From Candidatus Poseidoniaceae archaeon (GTDB lineage: Archaea; Thermoplasmatota; Poseidoniia; Poseidoniales; Poseidoniaceae), in assembly GCA_943789275.1 (NCBI GenBank), contig CALSTM010000003.1, forward strand, positions 660,001 through 692,000: a stretch of 32,000 nt of DNA. Direction: 5' to 3'. The notes below the pieces were generated by a model, which did not search any database, was not told the DNA's origin, and saw only the letters and a program-made list of their open reading frames with translations. The position numbers and the translations under genes are program-made. Of the stretch, positions 1 through 8,023 are shown piece after piece. Numbering within the stretch: the stretch's first letter is position 1; every line of letters begins with the position of its first letter.

Positions 1-174
1 AGCTTGCGATATTTTCGACTTGGCCACTTCTTCGAGGGTGTCTGCTTGGGGTTCAATAATTGAGACTCCTTCCACGATAAGTTGCTTGACCGTATATCCC
101 AACGGTTCCAAATGGTTGGTTGCTTCCATGATTTTGCCTGCGTTCCCAGTGAGGAACCACACAGTCCGAGCCAT
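1..174 (-). CDS. Non-canonical purine NTP pyrophosphatase (HAM1/RdgB/ITPase family), N-terminal 58 codons; gene runs off the left edge
   Basis: Not in the ORF track because it is truncated. Manual reverse translation from ATG (172-174) gives MARTVWFLTGNAGKIMEATNHLEPLGYTVKQLIVEGVSIIEPQADTLEEVAKSKISQA. The F-x-TGN-x-GK start and the E-x-Q..TLEEVA segment match the conserved N-terminus of HAM1/Mj0226-type ITPases. The + ORF 20..208 is its antisense shadow. Confidence 0.75.
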   Translation of the reverse strand, partial: MARTVWFLTGNAGKIMEATNHLEPLGYTVKQLIVEGVSIIEPQADTLEEVAKSKISQA

Positions 175-276
175 GGGTCTGCTACGGCTTGTGCATATTG
201 AGGTATAGGTTCGAAACGATTGCTGATACCGATGCAAGAAGCGAGGCTTCAAGTCCCCTCTTGCTAAGCGCAAGTC

Positions 277-648
277 ATGTTGCAACAGATTGGGTTGGTG
301 GCGCTCGGCGGAGCATTTGGAGCTGCATTACGCTATGCAGTCAGCGAGTTCTTTTCTTCTGATTCTTTCCCATACGCAACCCTTTCTGTGAATCTTGTTG
401 GTTCTTTTTTGCTCGGTATCTTAGCGGTCGGGCTTGCCCAAAACCTCCTTTCGAACAACATGGCCTTGCTGCTCGGAACGGGTGTTCTGGGTGCGTTCAC
501 GACCATGTCGACCTTTTCAGTGGAAACCATCCAGATGTTTGATCAAGGTGAAAGCACTTCTGCCATGGTCTATGTACTCATGACGATGATGTTAAGTCCA
601 GTTTTGGCGCTCTTGGGCTGGAAACTTGCAGAATCAGTATTTTCTTGA
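277..648 (+). CDS. crcB: Fluoride ion channel CrcB/FluC
   Basis: 123 aa with 4 predicted TM segments. Family-typical motifs are GGAFGAALRY, SVNLVGSFLLG and GAFTTMSTFSVET. ATG at 277. Confidence 0.9.
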   Translation: MLQQIGLVALGGAFGAALRYAVSEFFSSDSFPYATLSVNLVGSFLLGILAVGLAQNLLSNNMALLLGTGVLGAFTTMSTFSVETIQMFDQGESTSAMVYVLMTMMLSPVLALLGWKLAESVFS

Positions 649-733
649 TGAAATGACTTTATGTAGGACTGCGTATTGTTCATATCACGGAAAGCGAAGC
701 CCAACAATTTCGTTGACCCTAAGAGTTGGAACC

Positions 734-1153
734 ATGCCCGAACATAATCTCATTGAAACGCTGAACGAAGCCCTTGGATGGGAACTACGAGCTGCAAACA
801 TGTACGCTCACTATGCTGCAAACATTCGCGGAATTCACCGTCTACAACTTTCTCCCATGTTCACCACCGAAGCGACTGAATCCACAATGCACGCTGACAT
901 TGTACGTAAGGCCATAGTCAAACTTGGTGGAATACCCGTCACGGAACGTAACACTCACCCAATCATCCACACCACGTTGTTCGACGAAATGTTGGTTCAT
1001 TCCTTGGAAACCGAAACCAAAGCAGCAGCAGTTTATGCCGCCATTATGATTGAAATTGATTCGATAGGCGACCAAGAAATGTACGATGCCATTGAACAAA
1101 TCTATCTTGCCGAGTTGCGTAGTTTGGAAGAACTGCGTCTTCTCATGGAATAA
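734..1153 (+). CDS. Ferritin-like (Dps/bacterioferritin-like four-helix bundle) protein
   Basis: Start moved to ATG 734 (MPEHNLIETLNEALGWELRAANMYAHYA...). The pattern L..EL.A...Y, then EATESTMHAD..KLGG, resembles the first ferritin-like half-site. A second ExxH is not evident (LAELRSLEEL), so ferroxidase competence is uncertain. Confidence 0.65.
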   Translation: MPEHNLIETLNEALGWELRAANMYAHYAANIRGIHRLQLSPMFTTEATESTMHADIVRKAIVKLGGIPVTERNTHPIIHTTLFDEMLVHSLETETKAAAVYAAIMIEIDSIGDQEMYDAIEQIYLAELRSLEELRLLME

Positions 1154-1837
1154 TCATCCGTGATAACGAACTCTTGAACGTACATCGTCAAGGCGCTTCA
1201 AGACTTCCCCAGCAGTTGGTACTGCTCCACCTGATTGCTCCGGAGGAACGCCGAGTAAGGCTTCTTCCGCCGCATATCCTTCGAGCAGTGTGTCGATGGC
1301 ACCTTCGTGTTCCGGGTGCGAAGCACCGAGAATTTCATCGATGACGTGGAGGTCAATTCCGAACCGTTCAACCTCGTAGTCTATGGCAGCCAAACCAAAG
1401 TCGATCAACGAAGCAGTTCCATCTTCATCGACAAGGATGTTGTTGGTCGAAAGGTCGCCGTGCGTAATTGCTTCACGGTGCAATCGGCGGATTAAGGCAC
1501 CCGTGTTGTGCAGGACAGTCGAGATGAACTTGGTTGAAAGCGTTGCATCTCTCAGCACTTCAATGAGCGGAAGACCCGGCATTCGTTCGAGGACCATACG
1601 ACCGTTTTCAGGGTCGAGGTCCAAGACTGCAGGTACACGAACACCGCAGCGTTTGAGTCGGAGAAGTAACCGAGATTCACTCATCATTCTTCGATGTCCA
1701 AGACGATGGTCAAGGTCTGGATGTCGCCATTTTCTCGGACGGCGTAGTTTACGCACGGCATCTTGACCCATCCATGTCCCAGCCCATACTTCTGCTTCCG
1801 CACCGAGGTGCAACCGCTCAGTCGGTACAAAGGCCAT
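1154..1837 (-). CDS. bud32: Bud32 / Kae1-associated atypical protein kinase (KEOPS subunit)
   Basis: 227 aa. It has the glycine-rich start GAEAEVW, the catalytic loop HGDLSTNNILV and the DFG motif LIDFGLA. Size and motifs are typical of archaeal Bud32/RIO-type kinases. Confidence 0.85.
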   Translation of the reverse strand: MAFVPTERLHLGAEAEVWAGTWMGQDAVRKLRRPRKWRHPDLDHRLGHRRMMSESRLLLRLKRCGVRVPAVLDLDPENGRMVLERMPGLPLIEVLRDATLSTKFISTVLHNTGALIRRLHREAITHGDLSTNNILVDEDGTASLIDFGLAAIDYEVERFGIDLHVIDEILGASHPEHEGAIDTLLEGYAAEEALLGVPPEQSGGAVPTAGEVLKRLDDVRSRVRYHG

Positions 1838-1912
1838 ACATGGCGCTCTGGGTCCCCATTTATCAACGCTTCAGCAATGGTTTGATTCAATAAGGGCGAC
1901 TTCGTGCCTTTC

Positions 1913-3076
1913 ATGAAGCGCATGACCGTATCACTGCCAATGTGTTCCGTGGATTTCATGGACACATCACTTTCGCCTGAAGAACAAGCGATTGCCGACC
2001 GGATTGAAGAATTACGTGCCGAACTTGGAGATGAATTACTCATTTTAGGCCATCACTACCAGCGAGACAGTATTGTTCAACACGCCGATTTCCTCGGAGA
2101 TTCGTTCATGCTGAGTCAAAAAGCGGCTGAATCGGATGCCAAATACATCGTCTTTTGTGGCGTTCATTTCATGGCAGAATCCGCAGACATCCTCACCACT
2201 GAGGAACAAATCGTTGTGCTGCCGAACATGCGGGCGGGTTGCTCGATGGCCGATATGGCTACGCTTCCCGAAGTCGAATCAGCTTGGACCACTCTGCTTG
2301 AACAAGCAGGTCTTGACGATCCAATCGACCGTGATGACCCAATTGCCGTTGCAGGGATGGGGGAAAAGTTCCTCGTTCCAGTAACCTACATGAACAGCAG
2401 TGCAGACCTCAAGGACTTCGTAGGCCGACACGGTGGAATCGTTTGTACCTCAAGCAATGCACAAGGCGTTCTCAACTGGGCTTTTGAACGAGCAGGTAAA
2501 GACGGCGCAGTTCTTTTCTTCCCCGACCAACACCTTGGTCGTAACACAGGAAACGCAATGGGCATTTCACTCGATTTAATGCCCACATGGACGCCAGGAA
2601 TTGGTGCCATGGGTGAACTGAAAGGCAGCCGAATTATTCTTTGGCACGGTTTCTGCTCGGTCCACAAGCGCTTCACTCCTGACCAAATTGTAGATTTCCG
2701 CTCCCGTCATCCCGAAGGAATCGTTGTTGTTCACCCTGAATGCCCGATTGAAACGGTGGAAGCCAGCGATGCCAACGGCTCAACGCAATACATTCGAAAC
2801 TTCGTTGGACAGCAAGCCTCTGGCTCAAGCATTGCCATAGGTACCGAAATCAACATGGTTGCTCGGCTTGCTGATGAACATCCTGACAAGCACATCGAAT
2901 GCCTTGATGCTGAAATTTGCCCGTGTTCGACCATGTACATGATTCACCCAGCCTATCTGATGGATGTACTGGAACGAATTGTTGACGGTGAAAAGCCAAA
3001 TCAAATCCAAGTGCCACCTTCGATTCAGGAAGGTTCACTGTGGGCGCTTGAGCGAATGCTGAGTATCAAGAAGTGA
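1913..3076 (+). CDS. nadA: Quinolinate synthase NadA
   Basis: Motifs ILGHHYQ, FLGDS, FCGVHFMAESADIL and VVHPECP are present, and the length (~380 aa) fits long-form NadA. The track start 1904 is GTG. ATG candidates are at 1913, 1922, 1940 and 1958, so the start is uncertain. Confidence 0.9.
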   Translation: MKRMTVSLPMCSVDFMDTSLSPEEQAIADRIEELRAELGDELLILGHHYQRDSIVQHADFLGDSFMLSQKAAESDAKYIVFCGVHFMAESADILTTEEQIVVLPNMRAGCSMADMATLPEVESAWTTLLEQAGLDDPIDRDDPIAVAGMGEKFLVPVTYMNSSADLKDFVGRHGGIVCTSSNAQGVLNWAFERAGKDGAVLFFPDQHLGRNTGNAMGISLDLMPTWTPGIGAMGELKGSRIILWHGFCSVHKRFTPDQIVDFRSRHPEGIVVVHPECPIETVEASDANGSTQYIRNFVGQQASGSSIAIGTEINMVARLADEHPDKHIECLDAEICPCSTMYMIHPAYLMDVLERIVDGEKPNQIQVPPSIQEGSLWALERMLSIKK

Positions 3077-3081
3077 TTCTT

Positions 3082-5163
3082 CTACTCACCGTTCTCAATC
3101 GAACTTCTCCATTCGGATTGGCGTTGTACCGCATAGGCGAAGACCAAGAGGACACCAACGACGATTCCAATTTGTAAGATGATGTTGGAATACACCGTGA
3201 TTTCAGGCTCCCATGAATGAATGTGAACTGAAATCTCGCCATCGGCCGATTCTTCGAAATACACGAGATGGTGTTCGAGAACTTTCGGATTCCACTGGTG
3301 CAGTGAATCGGAAGTCAAGGTTTGCGTTTGATTCTCGGCGAAATTCACGTATTGAATCTCACCGTCCATGTATTTCTCGAGAGGATTGGTGGGGTCAAGA
3401 TGGTCGCGTATCGACCAAGCCAAGATTCCATTTTTCATCGAAGGGTCACTGACTGCGTATTTTGCGTCGCTGGCTAACCATTGCTCATCGGTTGAACGGT
3501 TGTAGACGACCAAGCGTTCGGTAGCAGAAACGTTCACCGTAGCCGCAAGATACGCATCGTCGTAAACAAAGTTCGTGATGGTAGCGTTTTCCATATCGGC
3601 TGGTGTGCCCCATAATTCGAGGATTTCATCTTGTTCAGAAGGGCCAGTCGCATTGATTTCTTTGATCACAATAGAGCCTGAAGAACCTATACGAGAGAAA
3701 TGGATACTGGTGGGTTCGTTCTCCATGACCATAGCAAGTTCAAGACCGTTGGCCCGAACAAGTTCGATTCCGGTGGCATCAAATCCAAGCGTGAGTTCAT
3801 TGCTTTCAAGGTCAAATGCCTCCAATACTCCATCTGATTTTGTGATGATGTATTCAACATCATCCGTTCCGGTAAGAATCACCTCATCAACCCTCGGCAT
3901 CTCCATCACCATCATCGGTTGAGCAGAGACGCTGATGGCGTTGAGGTTGAATATCGATAATGCCGTTTGATTGGAGACTGCCAGCAGTGAACCGGATATG
4001 GTGTAGGGCGAATCCAGTTCGATGCTTCCGTTCATGACTTCCCATGTTGTCTCAAGGTCGGTTAAGTCGTGTATCACCATGACTGGACCCGTGCTGCGAT
4101 TGTCAACGGTTGCCATCCATCCGTCGTCGGCAGCCACAACTTCAGGAGCTTCAATTCCCCCAGCAGGTAACGATTGATGGCTCAACTCCCAAGTGATGAT
4201 GCTGAACATCAGCAAAAACACGACAATCGCCATTCGGCCCGTTTCTCGACTGGTTGGGTTTCGGTAGCGCTTGAAAGCGGAGGAAATTCGGCTGGAAACA
4301 ATCGAATAGGCTTTGTTCGGATTGGTGAGCAGCGTGACGATTCGTGCATTTATGGTTCGCTCGTCAAACACTTTCCACCATCCGTCTGAAGTTTTGTCTG
4401 CAAAGGATACTGCTAACGCAGCGATGAGCATACCACCAATGATGTCGGAAAACCAGTGGATTCCCAGGTAGATGATGGCGAAGGCAGTGACCAGAGTGTA
4501 GGTCAAAACCATACCACGGTATCTGTTCCAACGGCGGTCTTCATCAAACCGAGTAAGGCACAACCAAACGGCAAATGGGATGCCAATATGCAGGGACGGC
4601 ATGCCGTTTGTGAACGGGTCAATACGACGGAACCAATCGCTGATTTCAGGTGTTAAATCATAGGCAAGAGTTTCCATTCCCGGGACATAATCTCCCGTGA
4701 CTCGAACATTAAAAAACAGGTAGAAGGGTATGGCTAAAATGTAGACCCAAGCGATACTTAATGTCATTCTGTCAGCAATCCAACGGTCGTCAAAGAAGGC
4801 GAAGTAAAACACCGAAACATAGCAAATAAACATGAATCCTGCAACATAAAAGTGCGTCAGCGCAACGGTAAGCCATTTTGCTTGAAACGTTTGTTGGACT
4901 TCCAAAACGAGGCTGCCTTCGATGCCGTAGATGAGTGGTGTCATGTCCAGTCCGGTATTGGCGATGATGATTCGGTCAACTTGGTCCAACAGGTCTTTCG
5001 AATTGTAGATGATGAACACGATGGCCATGTGGACCCAATACCTTCGAAAGAAGTCAACAAAAGTGGGCAGGGTGAGTTTCACCCAAGGAGGTTTAAACAC
5101 CGGCATCAGGAGTATTCCCAGTGACATTGCACTGATCAACCAAGTCAGGTAGATGCCATCCAT
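3082..5163 (-). CDS. Polytopic PAP2-superfamily (PAP2_3/Aur1-like) membrane enzyme fused to an extracytoplasmic beta-rich domain
   Basis: The track start 5175 is TTG; I use ATG 5163 (MDGIYLTWLISAM...). The N-terminal ~260 aa are polytopic and carry the PAP2 C2/C3-like motifs GMPSLHIG and IHWFSDIIGG. Next come a TM (aa ~315-332 of the ORF), a ~330-aa hydrophilic beta-rich region with several N-x-S/T sequons, a C-terminal TM (NIILQIGIVVGVLLVFAYAV) and a short tail. Confidence 0.75.
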   Translation of the reverse strand: MDGIYLTWLISAMSLGILLMPVFKPPWVKLTLPTFVDFFRRYWVHMAIVFIIYNSKDLLDQVDRIIIANTGLDMTPLIYGIEGSLVLEVQQTFQAKWLTVALTHFYVAGFMFICYVSVFYFAFFDDRWIADRMTLSIAWVYILAIPFYLFFNVRVTGDYVPGMETLAYDLTPEISDWFRRIDPFTNGMPSLHIGIPFAVWLCLTRFDEDRRWNRYRGMVLTYTLVTAFAIIYLGIHWFSDIIGGMLIAALAVSFADKTSDGWWKVFDERTINARIVTLLTNPNKAYSIVSSRISSAFKRYRNPTSRETGRMAIVVFLLMFSIITWELSHQSLPAGGIEAPEVVAADDGWMATVDNRSTGPVMVIHDLTDLETTWEVMNGSIELDSPYTISGSLLAVSNQTALSIFNLNAISVSAQPMMVMEMPRVDEVILTGTDDVEYIITKSDGVLEAFDLESNELTLGFDATGIELVRANGLELAMVMENEPTSIHFSRIGSSGSIVIKEINATGPSEQDEILELWGTPADMENATITNFVYDDAYLAATVNVSATERLVVYNRSTDEQWLASDAKYAVSDPSMKNGILAWSIRDHLDPTNPLEKYMDGEIQYVNFAENQTQTLTSDSLHQWNPKVLEHHLVYFEESADGEISVHIHSWEPEITVYSNIILQIGIVVGVLLVFAYAVQRQSEWRSSIENGE

Positions 5164-5241
5164 AGTGAACCCCAACCCCTACGGGGTTGTCTACTGCACA
5201 TGAAACCTCGCAGGTAAATATCAGTGAAGAGCGTTCTTTGC

Positions 5242-5595
5242 TCACCAAGCGCCATGGACGTACGGCTTGCCGTTGTCAGGGTCTCTGCGGTTGGCTAAGT
5301 CCCAGATTCGTTCGAACCTGAAAATGCCGCTGGAACACCCTTGTGTCCATTCAAATCCGAGTGCGTAGTTCCCTACGATTCTGACTTTTGGCTTTTCTTT
5401 GGGCAACGCTTCGACCTGTCGTCGAAGCGTTTTGCTGGATTCGTCTTCATTGCGCATTGGTGAACATTTAGCGCAGGGGCAAGAATGACGCAGGTCGTCG
5501 TATGTGACGCTGTATTCCGAGTCGTCAGCATAGGTGAGTTGGACATCGAGTTCTCTTCGCTCAAAGCGCGTCAACTGCGGCATTTCGTCGGACAT
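5242..5595 (-). CDS. DUF971 (gamma-butyrobetaine hydroxylase N-terminal-like) Cys-rich small protein
   Basis: 117 aa. The motif LRHSCPCAKC followed by YALGFEWTQGCSSGIF is the DUF971 signature pattern. The gene lies 10 nt downstream of the Mrp gene on the same strand. Confidence 0.75.
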   Translation of the reverse strand: MSDEMPQLTRFERRELDVQLTYADDSEYSVTYDDLRHSCPCAKCSPMRNEDESSKTLRRQVEALPKEKPKVRIVGNYALGFEWTQGCSSGIFRFERIWDLANRRDPDNGKPYVHGAW

Positions 5596-5605
5596 TCTTC
5601 AACCC

Positions 5606-6613
5606 TCAAATAATCTCAAGTCCGACCGAATCACCGTCGACAATTTGTTCTTGAAGTGCGGAAACTACACCTGCAAAAGCAACAGCAGATGGTCCTTCAG
5701 GCTCACTCACGATTCGGTGAACTCCGTCATCGCCGCCACGGACAAATCCGGGGTCGAACGGGAGTGCTCCGAGGAACGGCACGCCGAATTCTTCTGCAGT
5801 TGATTTGCCTCCACCTTCTTTGAAAATATCCAAAGTGACGCTAAAGTTCCCTTCATCGTCGCTTGTCGTCTTCAGTGTCTTACCAGCAGGTGCTGCAATC
5901 TCAATCTCCGTACCGGGTGCTGCTTTACCAGAAACGGTGTAACCACTCATGTTTTCGACAACGCCGAGAACGGGGACTTTCAGGGATTCCGAGAAGGTGA
6001 TTGATTTGCGACTGTCGAGCAATGCGACATCTTGTGGAGTGGTGACAATCACCATTCCATCAATATCTGGAAGTGATTGAGCGACCGTCAAAGGCTCGTC
6101 CGAGGTGCCCGGTGGGAAGTCGATGATGAGGTAATCCAAGTCGCCCCATTCGACATCGCCGATGAATTGCTGGATGGCACCGAGTTTAATCGGGCCTCGC
6201 CAAACGACGGGAGTGTCTTCGTTGTCGAGCAAAAAGGCCATCGAAATGACCTTGACACCCAAGTGGCCTTGAGCAGGATGAATACGACCGGATTCAACGT
6301 GCAATCGCCGTCCGTCAAGTCCCATCATCTTCGGAACGTTTGGTCCAGTGATGTCGATGTCCAGTATTCCAACCGACAGGCCTTGTTGGGCGAGAGAAAG
6401 AGCGAGTCCTGTTGAGACTGTGGACTTTCCAACGCCACCTTTGCCGGACAAAACCATGACCTTGTGTTTGATTTTCTTGCCGATTTCTTGCATGGACATT
6501 TTGCGCTTCATCTGAGCGTATGCTTGTTCCATTTTCTTCTGCTCTTGGGGCGATGGATCAGCAGATTCCACTGGGGCTTTGGGGTCGTGTGTTGATACCG
6601 GTGAATCCGACAT
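5606..6613 (-). CDS. mrp: Mrp/ApbC/NBP35-family P-loop ATPase (atypical, cysteine-free)
   Basis: Start moved to ATG 6613 (MSDSPVST...). The longer track ORF (to 6826) would overlap the upstream membrane-protein gene. It has the deviant Walker A VLSGKGGVGKST, the Walker B-like YLIIDFPPGTSDE and the motif VENMS...FGVPFLGALPFD. The usual CxxC between ENMS and IFG is replaced by a Cys-free insert. Confidence 0.85.
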   Translation of the reverse strand: MSDSPVSTHDPKAPVESADPSPQEQKKMEQAYAQMKRKMSMQEIGKKIKHKVMVLSGKGGVGKSTVSTGLALSLAQQGLSVGILDIDITGPNVPKMMGLDGRRLHVESGRIHPAQGHLGVKVISMAFLLDNEDTPVVWRGPIKLGAIQQFIGDVEWGDLDYLIIDFPPGTSDEPLTVAQSLPDIDGMVIVTTPQDVALLDSRKSITFSESLKVPVLGVVENMSGYTVSGKAAPGTEIEIAAPAGKTLKTTSDDEGNFSVTLDIFKEGGGKSTAEEFGVPFLGALPFDPGFVRGGDDGVHRIVSEPEGPSAVAFAGVVSALQEQIVDGDSVGLEII

Positions 6614-6650
6614 ATGTCGAGCACCAACTGGCTCTACTTCAACCCATCTT

Positions 6651-7022
6651 TCAAGGCATGACTCGATGGAATAGCTTTCGGTCACCAAAATGTACTCCAA
6701 CGGTGACCGCAAGGAACAGCAAGGTTCGGATGAGGTCGAACGATTGGTCTTCGTACGCCCAAGCCAGGCCGACGGCCAAAGGGAGTGCGAAACACAGGCC
6801 GATGAAGTTGGCTCGTAATTTCCCATCCGAATCGCTGATTCTTCCGATGAAGCGAATGCAGATTCCTACGCTGAATGTCAAAACGGTAATGAGCACAACT
6901 ACCGTTCTGAACACGGCGTCCATGTCTTTTGCTGCGGCAACGATGTGGGCAAGAAACAGTGCTGCGTAGAGAGTTGCGGTGATGCAAGTTGCACGAAACA
7001 ACCTTGCTCCTCCCTCTTCCAT
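6651..7022 (-). CDS. Small integral membrane protein (about 4 TM), unknown function
   Basis: Start placed at ATG 7022 (MEEGGARLFRATCITATLYAALFLAHIV...); the track start 7082 is GTG. Hydrophobic segments are consistent with 4 TM helices. I recognise no family motif. Confidence 0.5.
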   Translation of the reverse strand: MEEGGARLFRATCITATLYAALFLAHIVAAAKDMDAVFRTVVVLITVLTFSVGICIRFIGRISDSDGKLRANFIGLCFALPLAVGLAWAYEDQSFDLIRTLLFLAVTVGVHFGDRKLFHRVMP

Positions 7023-7071
7023 GGAAGTTCTATTTTCTCCTCCCTTTAGGTTGTTATTACCATAGAAAATG

Positions 7072-7079
7072 AATATATA
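7072..7079. promoter_or_regulatory. Shared TATA-like element (AATATATA) between divergent genes (6651-7022 minus, 7101-7463 plus)
   Basis: This is the only A/T-only stretch in the 78-nt divergent spacer. It is centred ~25 nt upstream of ATG 7101, which implies a leaderless arsC-like mRNA. Its near-palindromic sequence could serve both directions. Confidence 0.35.
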
Positions 7080-7100
7080 CACTCGATGGAATGGCCGGTT

Positions 7101-7463
7101 ATGCGTCTCTTGTTCGTCTGTGTTGGGAATTCATGCCGTTCGCAAATGGCAGAAGGCATTGCCCGTTCAATGGGGCATGTCGCTGATTCTGCAGGCACCC
7201 ACCCGGCCGAAAATATTGCGCCGAATGCGGTAAAAGTCTTGCAGAGTCGAGGTATTTCTACTGAGGGCATGAGGCCAAAAAATGTTGATGACTTTTCTGC
7301 TGACGATTACGATATGGTCATTTCGATGGGGTGTGGAGTTCATTGCCCACTGATGCCAATTGAGCAAGATTGGGAACTTGAGGACCCTGTTGGACAAGCT
7401 CTTCACGTGTATGAGTCAACGGCAAATGAGATTGAGCGTCGACTTCAGTTGCTTGAATCCTAA
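7101..7463 (+). CDS. arsC: Arsenate reductase / low-molecular-weight phosphotyrosine phosphatase family protein
   Basis: The P-loop LLFVCVGNSCRSQMAEG (CX5R(S/T)) matches Trx-coupled ArsC/LMW-PTP. A downstream Cys pair (MGCGVHCPLMP) and DPVG are present. ATG 7101 is preferred over 7086 because family members start just before the P-loop and a TATA-like box sits ~25 nt upstream. Confidence 0.7.
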   Translation: MRLLFVCVGNSCRSQMAEGIARSMGHVADSAGTHPAENIAPNAVKVLQSRGISTEGMRPKNVDDFSADDYDMVISMGCGVHCPLMPIEQDWELEDPVGQALHVYESTANEIERRLQLLES

Positions 7464-7784
7464 TCATTCTTCTTCAGCAGGAACATCGCCAATTCCGTCC
7501 AATTCAATGGTCAGTACACTGACTGTTCGGTCCTTTTGACCTTCTTGGGTAAACACTTCTGAAGAGCAGAGGATTTCGCCGACCTGAACCGTTTCAGGAA
7601 GTCCTTGAGCGATGATGCCGTTTCTACGGCGACAGATTTCAGCAACATCAACAGCGCGACCTATGGTCGCACCTCGAGCAACCAGTTGCAATTGGCGCTC
7701 ACCTTCTTCCATTGCCATGACAACAGCCCGTACATATGCGTGAAGTGGTTTTTTGCCGATGAAGATGGAACGTCGCTCAGTCAT
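7464..7784 (-). CDS. albA: Alba (Sac10b) DNA/RNA-binding chromatin protein
   Basis: 106 aa. IFIGKKPLHAYVRAVVMAM...LVARGATIGRAVDVAEI is typical of Alba, followed by an acidic C-terminal tail. ATG at 7784. Confidence 0.85.
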   Translation of the reverse strand: MTERRSIFIGKKPLHAYVRAVVMAMEEGERQLQLVARGATIGRAVDVAEICRRRNGIIAQGLPETVQVGEILCSSEVFTQEGQKDRTVSVLTIELDGIGDVPAEEE

Positions 7785-7892
7785 AGAACTCCCCTAATTG
7801 ACTGATTCCGGCCACAGCCGTTAATATTTAGGGACGCAATGAGACGCTAACACACGCGTTTTATAACGAGTAAACGATGCACTAAGTGGCAA

Positions 7893-7967
7893 TGGTGCGA
7901 GCGCCGGGATTTGAACCCGGGTTCAAGCGTTGGCAACGCTCGGTGATAACCGCTACACTACGCTCGC
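7893..7967 (-). tRNA. tRNA-Gly (anticodon GCC), 3' CCA genomically encoded
   Basis: The reverse complement folds by hand into a cloverleaf. It has a 7-bp acceptor stem GCGAGCG/CGCTCGC, a D arm GTGT-AGCGGTTA-TCAC and an anticodon arm GAGCG-TTGCCAA-CGCTT. A 4-nt variable loop and a T arm CCGGG-TTCAAAT-CCCGG follow, then discriminator A and CCA. Confidence 0.9.
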
Positions 7968-7994
7968 AGGGATATTCACCCCAAAGAACGGGGG

Positions 7995-8000
7995 TATAAA
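7995..8000 (-). promoter_or_regulatory. TATA box (TTTATA) for tRNA-Gly(GCC)
   Basis: On the minus strand TTTATA lies at -33 to -28 relative to the mature tRNA 5' end. This is the expected archaeal TATA spacing if a short leader is removed. Confidence 0.4.
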
Positions 8001-8023
8001 CGGTTGTCGGCTCATCGGTGTGC

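Noticed and set aside
20-208. 62-aa + strand ORF at the left edge
   Set aside because: It is antisense to the HAM1/ITPase N-terminus, whose conserved FxTGNxGK motif is clear on the minus strand.
175-276. Fluoride (crcB-motif) riboswitch expected upstream of crcB
   Set aside because: I compared the spacer by eye with the remembered consensus (GGnGAUG...CC, AAAC-stem-loop, then CUGAUGnnCCUAC pseudoknot). Only fragments are present (GCUGAUACC, and GGUAU...AUACC pairing), and the P3 stem is absent. An Rfam RF01734 covariance-model scan would be decisive; I expect no hit.
6614-7082. N-terminal extensions in the ORF track: Mrp to 6826 and the membrane protein to 7082 (GTG)
   Set aside because: The extended Mrp ORF would overlap the upstream same-strand gene by ~170 nt in another frame, and its extra 71 aa are Cys/Ser/Trp-rich and unlike the family. 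ATG 6613 gives a normal N-terminus. The same logic was applied to 15599->15734 (pepA), 26056->25855 (protease), 25944->25974 (ABC), 5175->5163, 13792->13816, 17231->17249, 30504->30513 and 31692->31674. Most of the track starts I checked are TTG or GTG.
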